A stretch of DNA of 64,000 bases from a virus, in IMG/VR virus record IMGVR_UViG_3300043444_000523, positions 40,737 through 104,736 of that record; one strand, written 5' to 3'. This document shows, one piece after another, positions 10,201 to 18,360 of the stretch. The notes beneath the pieces are model-generated. The model saw only the letters and a list, made by a program, of their open reading frames with translations. It was not told where the DNA came from and ran no database searches. Each line of letters opens with the position of its first letter. The stretch's first letter is position 1. Both the position numbers and the translations under genes were made by a program.

Positions 10201-11723
10201 GCTTGCTGTTGCTGGGCCTGCATTTGCTGCTGCATCTGGGCTTGTTGGGCCTCCATCTGAATCTGCGTTTGCGCCTTGAGCAACTCAATCTGCGTCTCTG
10301 TTTGAACCTTGGACTGAACCTTAAGCAACATCTCCTGGTTAAGAATTTCATCGTCAGGCTCAGGAGCCTTGAGGCCAGCGTTGGCCAAAAGCTCGTCTTT
10401 CCTGACAGAGCCGCCCATCTGAAACACCGCCGAAGCATTCTTCAACTTCGCATCGGCCTTTGGATCATCAACATCAAATACAAATCTGACCCTGAAGTTG
10501 GCCTTGGGGAAATTCCATCGCTGAATTACAGGGATATAATCTTCAGAAAAAGTGTCGGCCAAATTGTTTGCGTCAAACTTCAGGATGCGCCATTTAGTGT
10601 TCTCATGGAACTGAGATACTCCGCTGCCAAGTCCCGTTGCCTCTGCATTGGCGCTCAAAGTCTGGCCGATGATCAATCGCTCGATGTGCTGCTCAAAGTA
10701 TTCCTTGACGATATTGATCAGGATGTTGATGCCGCCGCCTTCAAACCGAAGCAAATCAACACCGGCGGTATCCTTGCTCTGCCCACGGGTCTTCGGCATT
10801 GCGATGGCGTATCGTTCGCCGACGTTTTGGGCTGCGGCCTCGGCTTCTGCCTTGGAATTTGGATTGCCTTCATCATAGTAGAACACCATGATGCCACCGA
10901 TGCTCATCTTCTTCAGGTGGTTGATCGCCCACCCAAGCATCTCGTCACGAAGCTGGAAATTCCAGTAAATCTGAGACCGCAAGCCAACGCCATGCACGCC
11001 GCCTGACATCTCGCCTTCAAAGAAGTCGGCGTCAACGCACTGGTGTTTGTGGATGATGAACCGCTGCCGCCACTTCGGGTCTTTCAGCCGAAGCACCATC
11101 GACCTTTGATCCGAGAAAAGGTCTTCTTCCTTGACGATGCCGCGTTCTTTCAACGTCCGGCCAATAGAGTGATTGACCATCACCCTTGGAACATCGTCAT
11201 GGCCGTACAGGATTTTGTCGCCATTGACCGGCTTGTGCCCGACGACTCCAAGCCGATTCTGGCCATCAATCGGAATCGCGCCCCACTTGACCTGATTCGC
11301 GTATCGGCCATACCAGATCGCCCAAGCCAGCTGCCAAACGAACGGCGTCCACCGCGACGTATTGGCCACGATCTTCGACATATCATCAGTTACGGCCTTT
11401 TGAATCTTGCTCTTTTGGTTCTCAGGCTCAAGATGCCAGCCAAGAGCCGAAAGCTGAAGGAATCTCTCGTTCATGCATCCCAAAACGAACGCATCACGAA
11501 GCATCGCCAGCGCGTTTTCGCGGCTGTGCTTCGTGGCCTCGTCATGAGTCCATCGATGAGACCGAGTTACGGATTGATAAATTGATGAGAATGTTCTGTG
11601 CTGCGGCAACAGAAAGCCGCCCTCGTCTTCGATGGGTCGGCCATTGTGATCAAGCAGCCGAAGCGGTCCACTCCCGTTTCGGCTCATCAGGCCATTAACG
11701 TCTGGTTCTGGTAGCAGTGCCAT
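7284..11723 (-). CDS. Portal protein (DUF935/Mu gp29-like) with a ~1000-aa extension ending in a zinc metallopeptidase domain
   Basis: Portal-like motifs AIWYGRYANQVKW and IERLIIGQTLS...GLGSG...FHEN; Gln-rich linker; C-terminal VYAHEIGH...SSYAMSNAHEGWAE zincin motif. Confidence 0.8.
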   Translation of the reverse strand: MALLPEPDVNGLMSRNGSGPLRLLDHNGRPIEDEGGFLLPQHRTFSSIYQSVTRSHRWTHDEATKHSRENALAMLRDAFVLGCMNERFLQLSALGWHLEPENQKSKIQKAVTDDMSKIVANTSRWTPFVWQLAWAIWYGRYANQVKWGAIPIDGQNRLGVVGHKPVNGDKILYGHDDVPRVMVNHSIGRTLKERGIVKEEDLFSDQRSMVLRLKDPKWRQRFIIHKHQCVDADFFEGEMSGGVHGVGLRSQIYWNFQLRDEMLGWAINHLKKMSIGGIMVFYYDEGNPNSKAEAEAAAQNVGERYAIAMPKTRGQSKDTAGVDLLRFEGGGINILINIVKEYFEQHIERLIIGQTLSANAEATGLGSGVSQFHENTKWRILKFDANNLADTFSEDYIPVIQRWNFPKANFRVRFVFDVDDPKADAKLKNASAVFQMGGSVRKDELLANAGLKAPEPDDEILNQEMLLKVQSKVQTETQIELLKAQTQIQMEAQQAQMQQQMQAQQQQAAAQQQMQVPAEGQPQEMPQDQEAQVQQQGQEQAAEQQQAEQQEQQAQEQAAQEQQEQQVQRDEQVAEEASDMTVDQILEEIMGEENTDETEDGNYIRLADGTSVPLDPAPPEEGGQVSMANDGLVIEYLAVSDDEFTIEYKATRAPVGGIDISGKHYEGGQFIPGSVIARASPEEKAALAGQKAISGEKVPEMPASRPQDHGKKPETQQTGMDRSEKQEDKPATVDDMLEQAGIRAPKPDEPILMGNEYDLIQETERWLKTDFKLRPYVMNKIKEFGSLTPHEYARARGRAYQREREVTATGEDTVATMALRIIDQYSGNRSKAFDKKQSLRGVPKAAHETAKYAGKIAERMIRDPKKLRRDIAKSPLAQGAFDKTAISLGIDPNETKLVIDPVTGKSSRVPNEKDALKRLALRAATQATMDLAVLGIKKGVMLIPKLFDVLMKKKGGSLVTSQDDEWMVGYQDEVPASAVMHEYLVELFKGKMQEAMKEAGIEATEEDLVSEASEAAERYAPLMLSMSGIDGEKPMPESKPTEDLRAHIKNVAKNVAGDALVHLLNKPSSDSHSEGAVSLWIRDKIKNRIRRSGIQVSEVALEELANAEASALAPAVARALESYSQKSAQIAPIMNQAIGYEAVHAPKGGIEVGGEHFKGGEFIPKEAIARASSSEKAALSPGKRSSVVRKEKVPGMTHGHSVVTARAVNFLKGAFGSAATAGALVFVRNMALGDSVEHALVVAGKSAVASAAVGGVIAAFARPPVSENPNRWIKGNIISANPKNSNDLVSAIHSSIDKDKDIPNGLKSEFKSGIVKTISSMNPKMKGSLLKNLRHVKFYPTSKRLSEDISKSTATDNDGRVGGAVEVGSGGMFLDGAPSIKHEGKLADTRMSSVYAHEIGHIIDGKLGDLSYSSDFDWKKAWVIEILHEDEKKAPLSSYAMSNAHEGWAEYVRLAITKPNVAKAKFPKCWAVLKKNNLV
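8325..8347. repeat. 23-bp palindrome, copy 3 (in portal CDS; encodes SAQIAPI)
   Basis: AATCGGTGCAATTTGCGCTGATT, two changes from consensus. Confidence 0.8.
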
Positions 11724-11753
11724 ACCAATTATAGGGATATGGAGACACTCAAG

Positions 11754-12008
11754 CTAAAGTCTGGTAGCCGACTGAATTGCCCAGACAATCAAGTTGCCGA
11801 TGACCGTTCCAACCAAGATCGAAGCGGTCAGAACCAATGACCACTTGAACAAACTCGGCAAAGGAGGCCGCTTGTCGATGATCTCGATTCCGCCTTTGAC
11901 CGGCACTACATCAATGTAAGGCGGCTTGATGATGTCTATGTGGACCGGATGGCCATTCTCAGGCCCATACTCGACATCGTACCCGTCATCGTCCTGTTTG
12001 TAGTCCAT
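11754..12008 (-). CDS. Small membrane protein
   Basis: ATG at 12008 (MDYKQDD) with GGAG RBS; one C-terminal hydrophobic helix. Confidence 0.55.
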   Translation of the reverse strand: MDYKQDDDGYDVEYGPENGHPVHIDIIKPPYIDVVPVKGGIEIIDKRPPLPSLFKWSLVLTASILVGTVIGNLIVWAIQSATRL

Positions 12009-12027
12009 CTTTGGCTCCAGTTTCAGA

Positions 12028-12050
12028 AATAGGCGCGAGTCGCGCCGATT
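12028..12050. repeat. 23-bp palindrome, copy 4
   Basis: AATAGGCGCGAGTCGCGCCGATT; overlaps the stop of ORF 12049..12357. Confidence 0.95.
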
Positions 12051-12357
12051 ATTGCATGTCCCGAAGTTCTTGAGAGGTCTTCCCGCAATCAGGGCATCGG
12101 TCAAGTTGAGGGTCGAACTTGTTGTGGAAGCACTTATCCGGCTCTTGGGGCTTCTCCACTGAATCAATGCTGCCAAACGACACCTTGCCGGATTCTACCA
12201 CGGCGTCACTCGGCAAATTCGTCTCTACTTTCGCTGGCACGCCCATCTTGGCCAATAGCCCAGTATCACGAAGCACAGTCATCATCTCGTTGACCGAGCA
12301 GAAACCAAGCTCATGCCAGCCTTGACCGTCGTGCCATTTATAGTACAGGCCACTCAT
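12049..12357 (-). CDS. Hypothetical protein with C-terminal Cys motif
   Basis: ORF coupled (ATGA overlap) to the upstream gene; CxH...CxxC. Confidence 0.55.
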   Translation of the reverse strand: MSGLYYKWHDGQGWHELGFCSVNEMMTVLRDTGLLAKMGVPAKVETNLPSDAVVESGKVSFGSIDSVEKPQEPDKCFHNKFDPQLDRCPDCGKTSQELRDMQ

Positions 12358-12614
12358 TTCGACTCACCACCGTCTTGCGGCACTTGCTGCATCAAATGGC
12401 CGAGTAATCCCAAACTCGGAATATCCCTGAACGACTTGTAGCCGACCGTGGCACACCAAATCTTGTACGACAATTCTAGGCAATACGCTTCGGCGCACTT
12501 CGCATGAGACTCCGAGCTTTCAAACGACGAACTTTCGCTGATAACGCCTTTGAGTTCACCGGCCCCTTTTGTGATGTGCTTGATGGCCGCATTGAATTCT
12601 GAATAGTCAATCAT
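12354..12614 (-). CDS. Hypothetical protein
   Basis: ORF with ATGA overlaps at both ends. Confidence 0.5.
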   Translation of the reverse strand: MIDYSEFNAAIKHITKGAGELKGVISESSSFESSESHAKCAEAYCLELSYKIWCATVGYKSFRDIPSLGLLGHLMQQVPQDGGESK

Positions 12615-12778
12615 TTGTGCCCCTTGATAAAGGAAAGAACCACGCCCCTGAAATACGAAGACAAATCGCGGCCAGCAACCTTACGAGCGGCCTTCATCTC
12701 CTCTTGCGTGAGGAGAATCTGAAGCCGCTCGGTACGCTTCATGTTTTTAGGCATTGCCGTTCTGCCGCGTTTTCGCAT
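12611..12778 (-). CDS. Ribbon-helix-helix DNA-binding protein
   Basis: 55 aa, below the track cutoff: ...KRTERLQILLTQEEMKAARKVAGRDLSSYFRGVVL..., an RHH pattern; divergent from the MTase. Confidence 0.6.
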   Translation of the reverse strand: MRKRGRTAMPKNMKRTERLQILLTQEEMKAARKVAGRDLSSYFRGVVLSFIKGHK

Positions 12779-12812
12779 ACTATATCATTATCATAACTAT
12801 AGAGGATCGGCA

Positions 12813-13832
12813 ATGGTGAATGTCGGCAAACACGAGTTGCACCACGGCAATTGCCTTGACATTCTCAAGTCCATGCCGGACAAGAAGGTGTCTCTGACAC
12901 TCACGAGTCCGCCGTATGAAGACTGCCGAACCTACGGCATTGATTTCTCTGTCAAAGGCCAAGACTGGGTTGATTGGTTTATCCCCATAGTCATCGAATG
13001 TTGCCGAATCACTGATGGCCTAGTGCTTGTAAACGCAGCCGGGAAAGTCCGTGACTTCAAATACTCGCCGGTCATGGAATGGCTTGTGGCCGATCTGACA
13101 CGCAAACACGGCATCGTATGCGGCCCGTCGCCATACGTCTATTACAGAGTCGGAATCCCAGGCAGCGGAGGCCATCACTATCACCGCCGAGACTGGGAGC
13201 CTGTCTATGCCTTCGCTCTTCCAGACCGACTTCCATTGAACTGGTCGGATAATAAAGCCACTGGCCACAAACCAAAGTGGGTTCCTGGCGGAGAAATGTC
13301 ATACCGGCTTGGAGACGGCAAACGTGCTAACCACAAATCTCAAGGACGAGACAAGTGGGGAAATGCTGGCGAATCATCCGGCGAAGGAAGAAACGCCGAT
13401 GGCAGCAGAAAGAAGAGGAAGCGATTCGGTGCCAATCCTGAAGGCGACGTAAAAGTCTCACACGACAGAGACATTGTTGATATTGCCAACGCTGGCAATC
13501 GAATAAGTGAGATGTACGACGCCGACATGGTTAAAAAGCTGCTCGACGACGGAGACGCGGGCGACATCGTTCACTGCAAAGTCGGCGGCGGTCTTATGGG
13601 GCATCCTTTGGCGTCACAAAACGAAGCCCCGATGTCTCTCACGCTGGCCTCTTGGTTCGTTCGCAGCTATGCGCCGCCAGGAAGCTACGTCCTTGATCCG
13701 TTCATGGGCAGCGGAACTTCTCTGCACGCCTGCCTCGAAACCGGCCGAATCGGAATCGGCATTGACATCAGGGAATCCCAAGTGGAACTGACAAAGAGCC
13801 GTCTTGAGTCTGTTACACCGTCTATGTTCTGA
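12813..13832 (+). CDS. DNA methyltransferase, beta class (N4-C/N6-A)
   Basis: N-terminal TSPPY catalytic motif, C-terminal VLDPFMGSGT SAM motif; GAGGA RBS before ATG 12813. Confidence 0.9.
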   Translation: MVNVGKHELHHGNCLDILKSMPDKKVSLTLTSPPYEDCRTYGIDFSVKGQDWVDWFIPIVIECCRITDGLVLVNAAGKVRDFKYSPVMEWLVADLTRKHGIVCGPSPYVYYRVGIPGSGGHHYHRRDWEPVYAFALPDRLPLNWSDNKATGHKPKWVPGGEMSYRLGDGKRANHKSQGRDKWGNAGESSGEGRNADGSRKKRKRFGANPEGDVKVSHDRDIVDIANAGNRISEMYDADMVKKLLDDGDAGDIVHCKVGGGLMGHPLASQNEAPMSLTLASWFVRSYAPPGSYVLDPFMGSGTSLHACLETGRIGIGIDIRESQVELTKSRLESVTPSMF

Positions 13833-13858
13833 GTTCTATTCGCCGAGACGACTGAGGA

Positions 13859-14326
13859 GTGATCATGGACTGCCAATGCCAGACCTGCCAGAATGCGTGC
13901 AAGTACAAGCCGGGATGGTTCCGCCCAGGAGAAGTCGAGAAAGTCGCCGACTTCCTCCAAATTTCTCTTAACCGGCTGTTCAAAGAGAAACTGGCCGTAG
14001 ACTTCCTCTACAGGTCGGACGATGGCAATTCTCCGGTGTTTGTTTTGTCGCCTGCAACGACATCAGGCGACCCAGGGAAGGAATTCCCTTTCGACCCACG
14101 AGGCCAGTGCGTGTTCTACAAGGACGGCAAATGCGAGATTCATCCCGTTAAGCCGCACGACTGCCGAGCATACGACCACACGCAAACAGGCGATCAGTCA
14201 TTGCCAACTCACTACGAAACCGGGGATTCTTGGAGCGACCATCAGGATCAGATAAAATCACTGCTTGGACGCGACCCTGAGTTGCCATCTGTAGGCTTAT
14301 TTGACTTCTTAAACATCATGACATGA
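13859..14326 (+). CDS. YkgJ-like cysteine-cluster (Zn/Fe-chelating) protein
   Basis: CxCxxCxxxC...CVFY.DGKCEIH..KP..C. Confidence 0.75.
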   Translation: MIMDCQCQTCQNACKYKPGWFRPGEVEKVADFLQISLNRLFKEKLAVDFLYRSDDGNSPVFVLSPATTSGDPGKEFPFDPRGQCVFYKDGKCEIHPVKPHDCRAYDHTQTGDQSLPTHYETGDSWSDHQDQIKSLLGRDPELPSVGLFDFLNIMT

Positions 14327-14333
14327 GGGGAAC

Positions 14334-14546
14334 ATGAAGCCAACTCAGCAGACTACAAAACAGGTTAATAGACCATCTCGGTCATGCGTTTGTGCCACTT
14401 GCACTCTTGACGAGAGGCTCAGAAGCAATGGCTTCAAGATTCTAGCTAGGCCAAGAAATTCTCAGCCGATCTGGATAAAGGACGGGAAGCAGTTTCTTCA
14501 GTCTGACGCCGTTCAGCAGTGCAAACCTTTGCCAGCAAAAAGGTAG
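14334..14546 (+). CDS. Hypothetical protein
   Basis: GAGG RBS; CxCxxC; follows the previous gene. Confidence 0.45.
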   Translation: MKPTQQTTKQVNRPSRSCVCATCTLDERLRSNGFKILARPRNSQPIWIKDGKQFLQSDAVQQCKPLPAKR

Positions 14547-14692
14547 TCACGCGATTCCCAACCGAAAGCGTAAGCCGTCTGAAAAGCCGCCTTCGTATTG
14601 GGCAGAGCATGTAAGAATTGTCGAAGAAGAAAACAAAAAGCTGCGAACCATCATAGTTGACATGATGCACAAAATGCAGCAAGCAGCTGAAA

Positions 14693-15313
14693 TTGCCTCT
14701 CCGTTCTTCAGAAAGAGCAACCGTGAAGCTACTCTTGAATAACTGGAGAACGCCAGCAACCGGATACAAGCTGAAAACACTCGGCTGCGCGTCCATCGTC
14801 GCAACCGAATACCCCAAGGGCGTATATCCGATGCACGGTGAGTCCGGCTTCTCAGACTTCCAGTGCCTCAGTCCGATCCGAATCACCATGCTGGCCATCA
14901 ATGAACACGTTTCGATGTGGGACGAGCCTCCTCATTGGTACGGCATCCAGCGATGTGCCAGGGCCATGCACGGGAAAGTCCTTGTCGCTGGCCTCGGTCT
15001 TGGCCTAATCGCCCATGCCCTCAAATGGAACAAGGCTGTCCGCGAAATACTGATCATCGAAAACAACCAAGACGTTATCGACCTCATCGGCCCCATGTGC
15101 CCACGCTCGGCACAAATCGAACACGCCGACTGGTATCGATGGGAAGGCCGATTCGAGCCAGATAGCGTACTCATGGACTTGGCAGATGGCGATTACACCA
15201 AAGAACGTGTGGCCGACGAAACCGAGAAATGCCGACAAAGGTTCCCATCGGCGACAACGATCTCCGTCCACGGAAGCGTAGAGTCTAGGCAGAACGAGAT
15301 GAGTGCTTTCTAA
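14693..15313 (+). CDS. Class I SAM-dependent methyltransferase (spermidine-synthase-like)
   Basis: GKVLVAGLGLG...ILIIE...DVIDL motifs; start uncertain. Confidence 0.7.
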   Translation: MPLRSSERATVKLLLNNWRTPATGYKLKTLGCASIVATEYPKGVYPMHGESGFSDFQCLSPIRITMLAINEHVSMWDEPPHWYGIQRCARAMHGKVLVAGLGLGLIAHALKWNKAVREILIIENNQDVIDLIGPMCPRSAQIEHADWYRWEGRFEPDSVLMDLADGDYTKERVADETEKCRQRFPSATTISVHGSVESRQNEMSAF

Positions 15314-15375
15314 CAACGAAAGGAGATTTCGTAAACAACCCCACGGCTGAAGCCGGGGGGCTTTGCCGCTGGGTT

Positions 15376-16449
15376 TTAGCCCGCGACTTTTGGGGCCGGT
15401 TTACTGACGGCCCAAGCCCTCAAATTGAGGGCAGCGTTTCGGTCGGCATTTGTGGAGTGCCCGCAATGTTTGCAGACAAACTCAGACTGGCTCTTTCGGT
15501 TGGCACGCTCGCAGTGGCCGCAGACATGGCACGTCTGGGAACTGTATCGCGGGTCAACCAAGACTACGGACACGCCTGCCCGTCGGGCCTTGTACTCCAC
15601 AAACTGCCGAAGCTGAAAGAAACTCCAGTTGCCAAGTCGTCGCCGGAAACGCCTAGAAGCCGTTTGCTCACAACGGTCACGCAAACCGGAGAGGTTCTCC
15701 AGAGCGATACCGATGCCGAGTGTCTTGGCTTTGCCGACAAGACTCTTGCTGATGGCGTGGTTTACCCATGCTTGATAGCGGGACTGCCGCCCCGCCATCC
15801 GCTTCAACCGTCGCTTGGCAGACTTGGTTCCTTTCCGTTGGTACTGCTTACGGGCTGTCATCCGGCGCTTGCGGTTTCGTTCGACACCCGCACCGGAGAA
15901 CGATTCCCCGGTGGAGTCGGTAGCAATCTGGACAATGCCAAAGTCACAACCCAAGTATTCGGTAACCGGCTGTGGGTCGGAAACGGTCGCCTTGACTTGA
16001 ACATGCAGAAAGTAACCGCCATCGCGTTTGACAAGTGCAGCGCTGGTCGGAACCTTCCCCGCAAGCGCGGTTCGCTGAAAGTCGCCAAGTTGGGTCGTCA
16101 GTCGATGCCGCCCATGCAACAGGGTCAGGCTGAAAGTCCAGTCGGATTCTCGGAAGGAAAAGATTCGAGCATCGTAGTTCACGCTCGTAGGAGCAAATCG
16201 GGAGAGGTCTTTTACGGCGGCAACGCGACCGATGGCACGAACGGCCAGATTCGCCGACAGCCCGAACGCAGTCCGCGTTTCGCGGTAGGCCAATTTGTGC
16301 AGAGCGAGATGTCCTTTAGTCTCTGTCTCTGCCGCACGACGAACCAAGTGATTGCACGCCGCAGCGAAAGCCACAAGTGTAACGTCGATTTCAACCGCCT
16401 GTTCAGCGGTCGGAACCAGCTTGCAACAGATGGTACGGATGGCTTCCAT
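15376..16449 (-). CDS. tnpB: RNA-guided endonuclease TnpB
   Basis: RuvC LGCDFG / IALENL / ADRNAALNL; CHVC...CKHC zinc finger. Confidence 0.95.
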   Translation of the reverse strand: MEAIRTICCKLVPTAEQAVEIDVTLVAFAAACNHLVRRAAETETKGHLALHKLAYRETRTAFGLSANLAVRAIGRVAAVKDLSRFAPTSVNYDARIFSFRESDWTFSLTLLHGRHRLTTQLGDFQRTALAGKVPTSAALVKRDGGYFLHVQVKATVSDPQPVTEYLGCDFGIVQIATDSTGESFSGAGVERNRKRRMTARKQYQRKGTKSAKRRLKRMAGRQSRYQAWVNHAISKSLVGKAKTLGIGIALENLSGLRDRCEQTASRRFRRRLGNWSFFQLRQFVEYKARRAGVSVVLVDPRYSSQTCHVCGHCERANRKSQSEFVCKHCGHSTNADRNAALNLRAWAVSKPAPKVAG

Positions 16450-16842
16450 TCAGACACCCTTCTGGTTCTCGATGTACTGCTTGATAACGGCCAGAGGCGC
16501 GCCGCCAACAGTCGCGACAAAGTAGGAGTTCGTCCAGAGCGATGGCAACCGGCTACGCAACGCTGGGTACTCCGTGCGCAGGAACCGGGACGAACGGCCC
16601 TTGACCAACTTTATCAGCCGGTGGATTCCGAACTGTGGATCGACTTCAACGAGCAGATGTACGTGATCGGGCATCACTTCCATCTCGATCAGTTCCGAAC
16701 GGGTTTCAAGGATCACTTCCCGAATCAGATTCTTGAGCCGTTCATCAACGCCGTCGATCAAGACCTTGCGACGATACTTGGGGCAGAAAACAACGTGGTA
16801 CTTGCAGCAGTAGGACACGTTGTTATTGCTCTTGAGCCTCAT
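16450..16842 (-). CDS. tnpA: IS200/IS605 Y1 HUH transposase
   Basis: YHVVFCPKYRR, DHVHLL (HUH), LWTNSYF, YIENQ. Confidence 0.97.
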   Translation of the reverse strand: MRLKSNNNVSYCCKYHVVFCPKYRRKVLIDGVDERLKNLIREVILETRSELIEMEVMPDHVHLLVEVDPQFGIHRLIKLVKGRSSRFLRTEYPALRSRLPSLWTNSYFVATVGGAPLAVIKQYIENQKGV

Positions 16843-16948
16843 TCCTGTATTATACACGTCCGAGATGTCGAATGCCACCTCAGTAGCGTGGATTCGCCGT
16901 CTCCATTCCTCCCCATGCCTGAAGGCAGGGGTTTCTTGGAGACATTTC

Positions 16949-17044
16949 ATGAACAGCAAAGCCAAATTTTGGTTTGTGTTCGCTATTGTGTCTTCATGCT
17001 TTTGTGCGTTCTTATTCTCAATCTACTCATGGAAAGTCTGGTAG
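16949..17044 (+). CDS. Small hydrophobic protein between two mobile elements
   Basis: MNSKAKFWFVFAIVSSCFCAFLFSIYSWKVW; removing the IS gives AAAGGAGATTTC-ATG. Confidence 0.5.
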   Translation: MNSKAKFWFVFAIVSSCFCAFLFSIYSWKVW

Positions 17045-17059
17045 TGGCTCAACATGGTG

Positions 17060-17087
17060 TTGACAACCTGGACGACCCTGATAGAGT
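17060..17087 (+). promoter_or_regulatory. Sigma70-like promoter for tnpB, probably leaderless
   Basis: TTGACA-16 nt-TAGAGT preceded by TGA; GTG start 7 nt downstream; the -35 box overlaps the left TIR. Confidence 0.55.
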
Positions 17088-17094
17088 TATCCTT

Positions 17095-18270
17095 GTGCTG
17101 AAAACGATTACCTATCGTCTGTACCCGTCGCGGGAGCAGGAATCTTTCCTGTTCTACTTCCTCTACATTGGCCGCAAGATTTACAACGACGCACTTGCCG
17201 AGCGCGTCCGGTTCTACAAAGACACTGGCAAAAGCCTGACTAAATTCACGCAACAGATGGACCTGACGATACGCAGGTCAATTAGCCCGGTGCTTGCCTC
17301 TGTCCCTGTCTGGATTGAGCGAGACTCCCTGTCTAGGATAGACAAGGCATTCGCCAATTTCTTCCGCAGAGTAAATGAAGGGAGTGCCAAGCCTGGGTTC
17401 CCGCGATTCAAGTCAGCCAATCGCTGGAACAGTTTCTCAATGCCTATCCAAGGCAGTGGCAAGAAACTGGTGCAAGGAAATAGAATCCGCGTGGCCGGGA
17501 TTGAAGGAACAATGCCAAGCCGTGGCGGGCAACAAATACTTGGAAAGATCATTGTCCAGAGAATTGTTCATCGAGCAGGCAAGTGGTTCTGCAAGTTCGT
17601 AGTTGATGACAAACTCGACCCACCGCCTATTCATCCTGTAAAGTCGGCTATCGGCGTCGATGTTGGTCTGAAATCGTTTGCAACGCTTAGCAACGGTTCA
17701 ACGATTGAGAATCCACGATTCTATCGGGGACTGGAACTCAAGCGTGCCCATCGCAACGTGTCTCGTAAAATCAAAGGCAGTCGGAACCGATGGAGAGCCG
17801 TTCGTCGTCTTCAATCGGTTTATGAGAAAGTCAGAAACTTACGCCACAATTTTACGCATCACGAGAGCAAGAGGATTGTCAATGACCACCAACTGATTGT
17901 TGTCGAAAAACTGAACATAGCTGGCATGGCCAGAAGCCGATTTGCCAAAAGTATCTTGGACGCTGCATGGGGTCGGTTCATATTTCAATTGCGTTACAAA
18001 GCTGAAAACGCTGGTTGCGCATTCGTTGAAGTTGACCCCCGTGGCACAAGCCAAGATTGCAGCAAGTGCGGCCAGACCGTGCCAAAGAAGTTGTCGGATC
18101 GTGTCCATAAATGCTCTTGCGGTCTCGTGCTAGACCGCGACCATAATGCGGCGTTGAACATCCTTCAGCGTGCCGTTCGATCAGCACCCGGCCCCGGTAG
18201 GTGGATCGGTAAAGCGTGTGGAGAGGCTACGAAGACTCGGCGAAACACGAAGGCTTCAACACCATGTTGA
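17095..18270 (+). CDS. tnpB: RNA-guided endonuclease TnpB (second, unrelated copy)
   Basis: LKTITYRLYPSREQ N-terminus, GFPRFK, RuvC IGVDVG / VVEKL / DRDHNAALNIL all intact, CSKC...CSC finger. Confidence 0.93.
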   Translation: MLKTITYRLYPSREQESFLFYFLYIGRKIYNDALAERVRFYKDTGKSLTKFTQQMDLTIRRSISPVLASVPVWIERDSLSRIDKAFANFFRRVNEGSAKPGFPRFKSANRWNSFSMPIQGSGKKLVQGNRIRVAGIEGTMPSRGGQQILGKIIVQRIVHRAGKWFCKFVVDDKLDPPPIHPVKSAIGVDVGLKSFATLSNGSTIENPRFYRGLELKRAHRNVSRKIKGSRNRWRAVRRLQSVYEKVRNLRHNFTHHESKRIVNDHQLIVVEKLNIAGMARSRFAKSILDAAWGRFIFQLRYKAENAGCAFVEVDPRGTSQDCSKCGQTVPKKLSDRVHKCSCGLVLDRDHNAALNILQRAVRSAPGPGRWIGKACGEATKTRRNTKASTPC

Positions 18271-18360
18271 GCCACTACCGAAGTGTTCTACAATAGGCGT
18301 CATTCGCATGTACGAGCGATAGGCAAGCCGAAATGCTTGAGAAGAAGAAAGGAAACAACA

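Larger units (their letters stand above)
15331..16948 (-). mobile_element. IS200/IS605-family element (tnpA+tnpB), target TCAT
   Basis: LE hairpin CCCCTGCCTTCAGGCATGGGG with guide GAAA, predicting target TCAT, which is present at the left junction. RE hairpin CCCCCGGCTTCAGCCGTGGGG with guide AAAG, predicting TTAC, which is present at 15331-15334. Both fit IS608 guide/cleavage pairing rules. Confidence 0.92.
17040..18279 (+). mobile_element. Non-autonomous tnpB element bounded by perfect 24-bp terminal inverted repeats
   Basis: GGTAGTGGCTCAACATGGTGTTGA (17040-17063) and its exact reverse complement (18256-18279); contains only tnpB; no exact target duplication. Confidence 0.85.

Noticed and set aside
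997-11585. Long plus-strand ORFs over the head genes (e.g. 997-1953, 4460-5422, 9732-11006)
   Set aside because: Antisense shadows of well-supported minus-strand genes, with no motifs of their own
2108-11723. Inteins as the explanation for the giant head proteins
   Set aside because: No C/S...HN splice-junction or LAGLIDADG motifs seen
15457-18270. 937-aa ORF as a giant TnpB/Cas12-like fusion
   Set aside because: The first ~545 codons are the antisense of IS605 tnpB/tnpA; real TnpB similarity starts at GTG 17095, behind its own promoter and TIR
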